Positions 59,901 to 64,000 of a stretch of 64,000 nucleotides of DNA are shown one piece after another. This stretch comes from Selaginella moellendorffii (taxonomy: Eukaryota; Plantae; Lycopodiophyta). The notes below the pieces were generated by a model. It saw nothing but the letters and a program-made list of their open reading frames with translations. It ran no database searches and was not told the origin of the DNA. The stretch covers positions 1,200,666 to 1,264,665 of the forward strand of contig NW_003314316.1 in assembly GCF_000143415.4 (NCBI RefSeq), given 5' to 3'. Within the stretch, counting starts at the first letter, position 1; each line of letters begins with the position of its first letter. A program made the position numbers and the translations under genes.

Positions 59901-60285
59901 AAACCTAAATTCCAAGGCTTTGGCCCACTGAATAAAGGGGTAAAACCAAACCATTAAGCATGAAGCCAAGGAACAAAAGAAGTGGAATATGAAATGACTC
60001 CGAAGTGTACAACCCAAAAAGCAGAAGGACAAAGTGACTTGGAATAGTCTTAAAGCTTCTAACATAGAACTAACATGCAAAAAGGTGTTAAATAAAGTTT
60101 AGCACTATTTTATTATATTAGTGGCCTAATGCAAGAACATAAGTACTCTATCAACTAGAATGGTATAGAATTTAGGCTTAGACCTAAGTTAAATGCAGAA
60201 TAAGAACAGGCATGCAAATGGGAGCTAAATTACATCTTAAGTTGGTTAGCCATGTTTGACCTCTATCCCTACTATACTACTATAC
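53905..60285 (-). mobile_element. Family A copy 3: 3' LTR 53905-55048, PPT ~55049-55058, ~4.7-kb non-coding interior, PBS 59766-59776, truncated 5' LTR 59779-~60285
   Basis: GGGGGTAGAG-TGTT junction on the minus strand; CTCTGATACCA-AA-TGTA junction. Confidence 0.85.
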
Positions 60286-62919
60286 CCAAGATACATGAAA
60301 GTTGTGACTAATATTTTTCTAAGTGGTTAATGTGGTTAAGTGACTAAAATTTAATTACTTATAATCTTCCTCTAATATTCAGCATTGAATGGCAATTAAA
60401 GTGGGGTAAAACTATAATTAAATGGATTTTACTGATAAAAACTCACAACTAACCTAGAATCATAAGGAAGATGAGAAGCAAGCTCTCAACTATGATTATT
60501 AGAAGAATACCTAAGCCAATTGAAAAATGAAGAGTTAGGATGAAAGTCATAGTTAATAAAAAATAAAGAGTGATTTGTTGAAGAATGTTAAGAATTATTA
60601 TGATCAAACTCAATGAAAGGAAGTAGATCAACTCAATCATTCTATTACTGGAAAATAAAGTATCAAAAATATTATTTAAAAGCTTGGATAGTACATTATC
60701 AGTTTTATTGTGAGAAGTTAACAACTTATAGAAAAAGAAAAGAAATTAATGCCAAAAGGTAGAAATAAATTGAGGCCCATAATTTTATTGATAATATTGT
60801 TTGGCTCTATAAAGACAAAAACAACTCCTTATAAATAAATTTAGCTAGTTACTATCCATCAATCACCTTTCGATATGACAAAAAAATGTGTTATTTTGGA
60901 AAAATAAGTTAACAAAAACACTATCAAATCCCCCAGAAAATGAAAGATCAATAAAAAAATCCATAAAGACAGATTTCCAAAGCAAAAGATAAAAAGGAAG
61001 GAATTAAAAAAAACCAAATGAAGGATGTCAAAGCATCTTGGTCCACTAACATATATCATAAGTATGAATAAAGTTTTAATAAACTTATAAATATATAACC
61101 ATTAAAAATATTGTTAAAACAATTTTAAACTCTAAAGTACCCTACTGATAGGTGTTATAGCATGTTTGAGCAACGCATAATTGTATTTCACCATTAGGTA
61201 TATATAATTAAATAGTTTGTCCCAAAAGTAAAGAAACTAGTAAACACTATATTATATCAGAGAAGAACTAAAAGAAATCAATTGCTAAACTTTATGAACA
61301 AATAGATTAGTGGTTTAAATTGCTTCAATCTATTACTTGAATGAGTGATTAAGAGGAGGAAAAAACTATATAAAAGAATTGATGTACAAGTAAAAGGAAT
61401 TAAAGAGAGTTTGATTGTTAAGGTTGAATGTAGGGTTTTTAGATGAAAGTATATGATAATTACATCAATTATAAGTATCATCTTTTTCAATTGCTTTCCT
61501 TTGGTGATACAATCATAAATTAAAAAAAAAAAAAGTAATTGTTGCATCAAGAGGTGATGCCAATTGAGGATACGTGCTGAGGATTAATATTGGAAGTTTT
61601 TGTTATCACTTGAATATAGTGGTCATTTGTGGAGAACATTCAAGGAAATGACCAAAAGGTCTATAACTATAAATAGTTATTTATTGAAAATGTTATAATT
61701 AATCTTTATAATTATGTACTTTCAATAGTGAAAAACAGTTGGGTGAAATTTGCAATTTTAATCCCTATTGCAACAATACAGTGCACAAAGCAAAATTTAA
61801 AATATTTAGCTCAAAAAAATACAATTTTATATTGTCTAGATGGATAACAATTAAAGTGGAAGTGAATATGCATTTAAGGAGGTCAAAAAAAGTTTAAGAA
61901 ATAAAAGACCATATAAAATGGGCATATTTCAACCTTGATTACCTTTTATTCTCAAAGGAGAGGATGATATGAAGTTCAAGTGTACAGTTACAATATTATA
62001 TATTAATATTAAAGGCAATACACTAAGATTAGTATAATGGAATTTTGATAGTCATTGGATTTGTTTCAATTAAACTACTCGCTCCTATATATAAACTAGA
62101 GTTTTTGGGTTACTTGATATGCACATTTCTGTATTCCTTTTTTATATTCCATGCACTCAAAGTACTTAAAATGTTTAATACAATTATATTTTTGCTTCTC
62201 CATTGCTTTAATATATTATTAGTAATTTTATTATCTTCCCTTCTCTTAATGATAAGCTTCAGACTATACACCTTCAACCTCCTCAATATTAAACTCAACA
62301 TTTTGAAACAAAAAAATCAAAGAAAAACTAACCTTAAGGGAAAGAAAGAAATCCTCAACAAAAAAAAAAACTCTCAATAGTAGTTATAAATTTTAAGGAA
62401 CACTCAACATGAAAATTTGGCAAAAATGATTTAACCCTTGGAACAAAAGAATACTCAACACTAAAATAATCAAGGACTTTGTTTATGAAACAAAAACAAA
62501 TTCTCACTTATATACACACTCTCGATATCTAAATCAATTTGAGGGGAATAAAGAACACTCAACTCAACACTATATAAACAACAAGAATCATAAAAGTAAG
62601 AATTGATCAATATGCCAGAAGAAGGAAGTACTATAGATGAAGAAAAACATATAAAGAGGTGGTAAAATTTATGAAATAAGAAAAAGTTGGGAAAACATAA
62701 AAGGGTAAAAAAAATCAAATAGCAAATTGAAGGATTGACACTTACCTTGTGAAATATTCAACTCATATTCAAAATTATCCTTAAAATAATCAAATTCCTT
62801 GTTAGCAAGATTCTATACAAATTTGTAAACGTCATTTTCCCAAAAATATACTCAAGCATCCTCAATGAACCAAACTACATCATCCAAAGGTCTCCAATCA
62901 ATCATACTCCACATTAACA

Positions 62920-63210
62920 AGGGATACCCAGCGGCACGTTGGTTGCCATCCCCAGGAGGCTGATTGCCAGGAGTTTGGATGGCAATGGTTGAGGCCTCAA
63001 GTTCTTTGCAAACAGGGCGGCTTGAGTGGCGACGATAGCCAGGGGACACTGGTACTTCATCCCTGAGGGTGGTTTGAACCACTTTGCGACGAGAGGTAGC
63101 ACTCCATTTACTGCTCGACAAGAGCATGCAATTGGGCAGTTCCCAGTTGCCAGCCACTCGGAGCCAAGAGCTTCGTGAAGATGGTCCTGAAAATGTTTCA
63201 TTGAATCATC
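62920..63210 (-). pseudogene. Fragment of an NHR2-like (At4g25030/At5g45410 family) gene
   Basis: HEALGSEWLATGNCPIA...PPSGMKYQCP..IVA..AAL..AKNLRPQPLPSKLLAISLLGMATNVPLG, then truncation; GC-rich island in AT-rich DNA; family recognised from memory. Confidence 0.65.
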
Positions 63211-63955
63211 AGAAGGAAGAAGAAGGTAAAGAAAAGAATTCGTGACAATGATAGGAAATGAATGCAAAGTTACAGTAATTTGATGAATCAAAACAAAGAA
63301 ATCACACCATAGCAGTCCCAAGGATTATTGAAATGTAGTACACCAAGAATAGGAGAAGTAATGTAATCACGTCTTATATAAATTGATGACAATATACCAA
63401 GGATTGGTGCAACACCAAAAAGATCACACCCCACAACTAAAAAGTAATTTGAAGAGGATATAGCTATAAGAACAACATTCCTAGATGATAAGAACACTGC
63501 ATTATCTGCAATCTAGAATGCCACACTTCTTGATAGTATGACATGGCAACAGAAGATAATGCGATGATGATTAAAAGAAAAATATATTAGATAGTTATAA
63601 TCTTAGATCTGACAAAAAACTATAACAAAGAAAAGAAGAATGATAATAATTTTGAATATTAAGAAAAATACTCTAACTTTACTCTCTAGAGATAATTTAT
63701 AATGCCTCTCCAACTCCATTAGGATATGAGAATAAAATATTAATTGAGGTTTAAGTCACTTGTTTATATATAAAAATGGACAAACTTCAGTCCAAATAGT
63801 TAATTCATATGTTATATTACTATAATTAATGTATTACCTAGGCATTAAACAGGGTTATATATGTATTTACAGACTTAATCTAATAAATTTAACCCAAAGT
63901 AAACTATATTACCTTTAGGTTATCAAGGTTAGGGTTTTGTAGAATATTCCACGAA

Positions 63956-64000
63956 ATGGATGAAGCGGCATTTGCGATGGCGGCCGTGGAGCGCCCTCGC
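63956..64000 (+). CDS. Possible start of a gene running off the window
   Basis: TTAGGGTTTT telo-box ~63929, shift to high GC, MDEAAFAMAAVERPR open to the edge. Confidence 0.3.
   Translation, partial: MDEAAFAMAAVERPR

Noticed and set aside
60300-62800. Short hydrophobic ORFs
   Set aside because: Low-complexity AT-rich sequence with no family motifs; possibly decayed TE but not assignable.

Overview
Eukaryotic land-plant genomic DNA. The very short introns, genes spaced only 60-320 bp apart, an SS-motif-rich PLS-PPR gene and Tcn1-like chromoviruses suggest a lycophyte such as Selaginella (inference). Positions 1-12.5 kb are a compact gene cluster: FIP2-like BTB/pentapeptide protein, DUF760 chloroplast protein with a candidate peptide uORF, a 2Fe-2S ferredoxin-like protein, a Tat-targeted lumen protein, a TMEM70-like protein, a PLS-E PPR, p24delta and a dirigent protein. 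Positions ~12.9-60.3 kb are a nested LTR-retrotransposon pile with four main families. Family A is a large non-coding LARD-like element with an iMet PBS. Family B is two young Tcn1/Tf1-like chromoviruses, one apparently intact, with a self-complementary (self-priming) PBS and a canonical -1 frameshift cassette. Family C is a decayed Galadriel-like chromovirus. The fourth is Cassandra-type TRIMs carrying a 5S-rRNA-derived segment. The best candidate for an undescribed system is that Cassandra and C share LTR termini and PPT and occur in a chimeric junction, while Cassandra, C and A share a TATA-region module and a PPT-proximal hairpin, suggesting one helper with two non-autonomous parasites. 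The pile also contains a secreted orphan-domain + bulb-lectin ORF, PPR pseudogenes and a 551-N gap, and an NHR2-like gene fragment lies near the right end. All alignments were done by eye.
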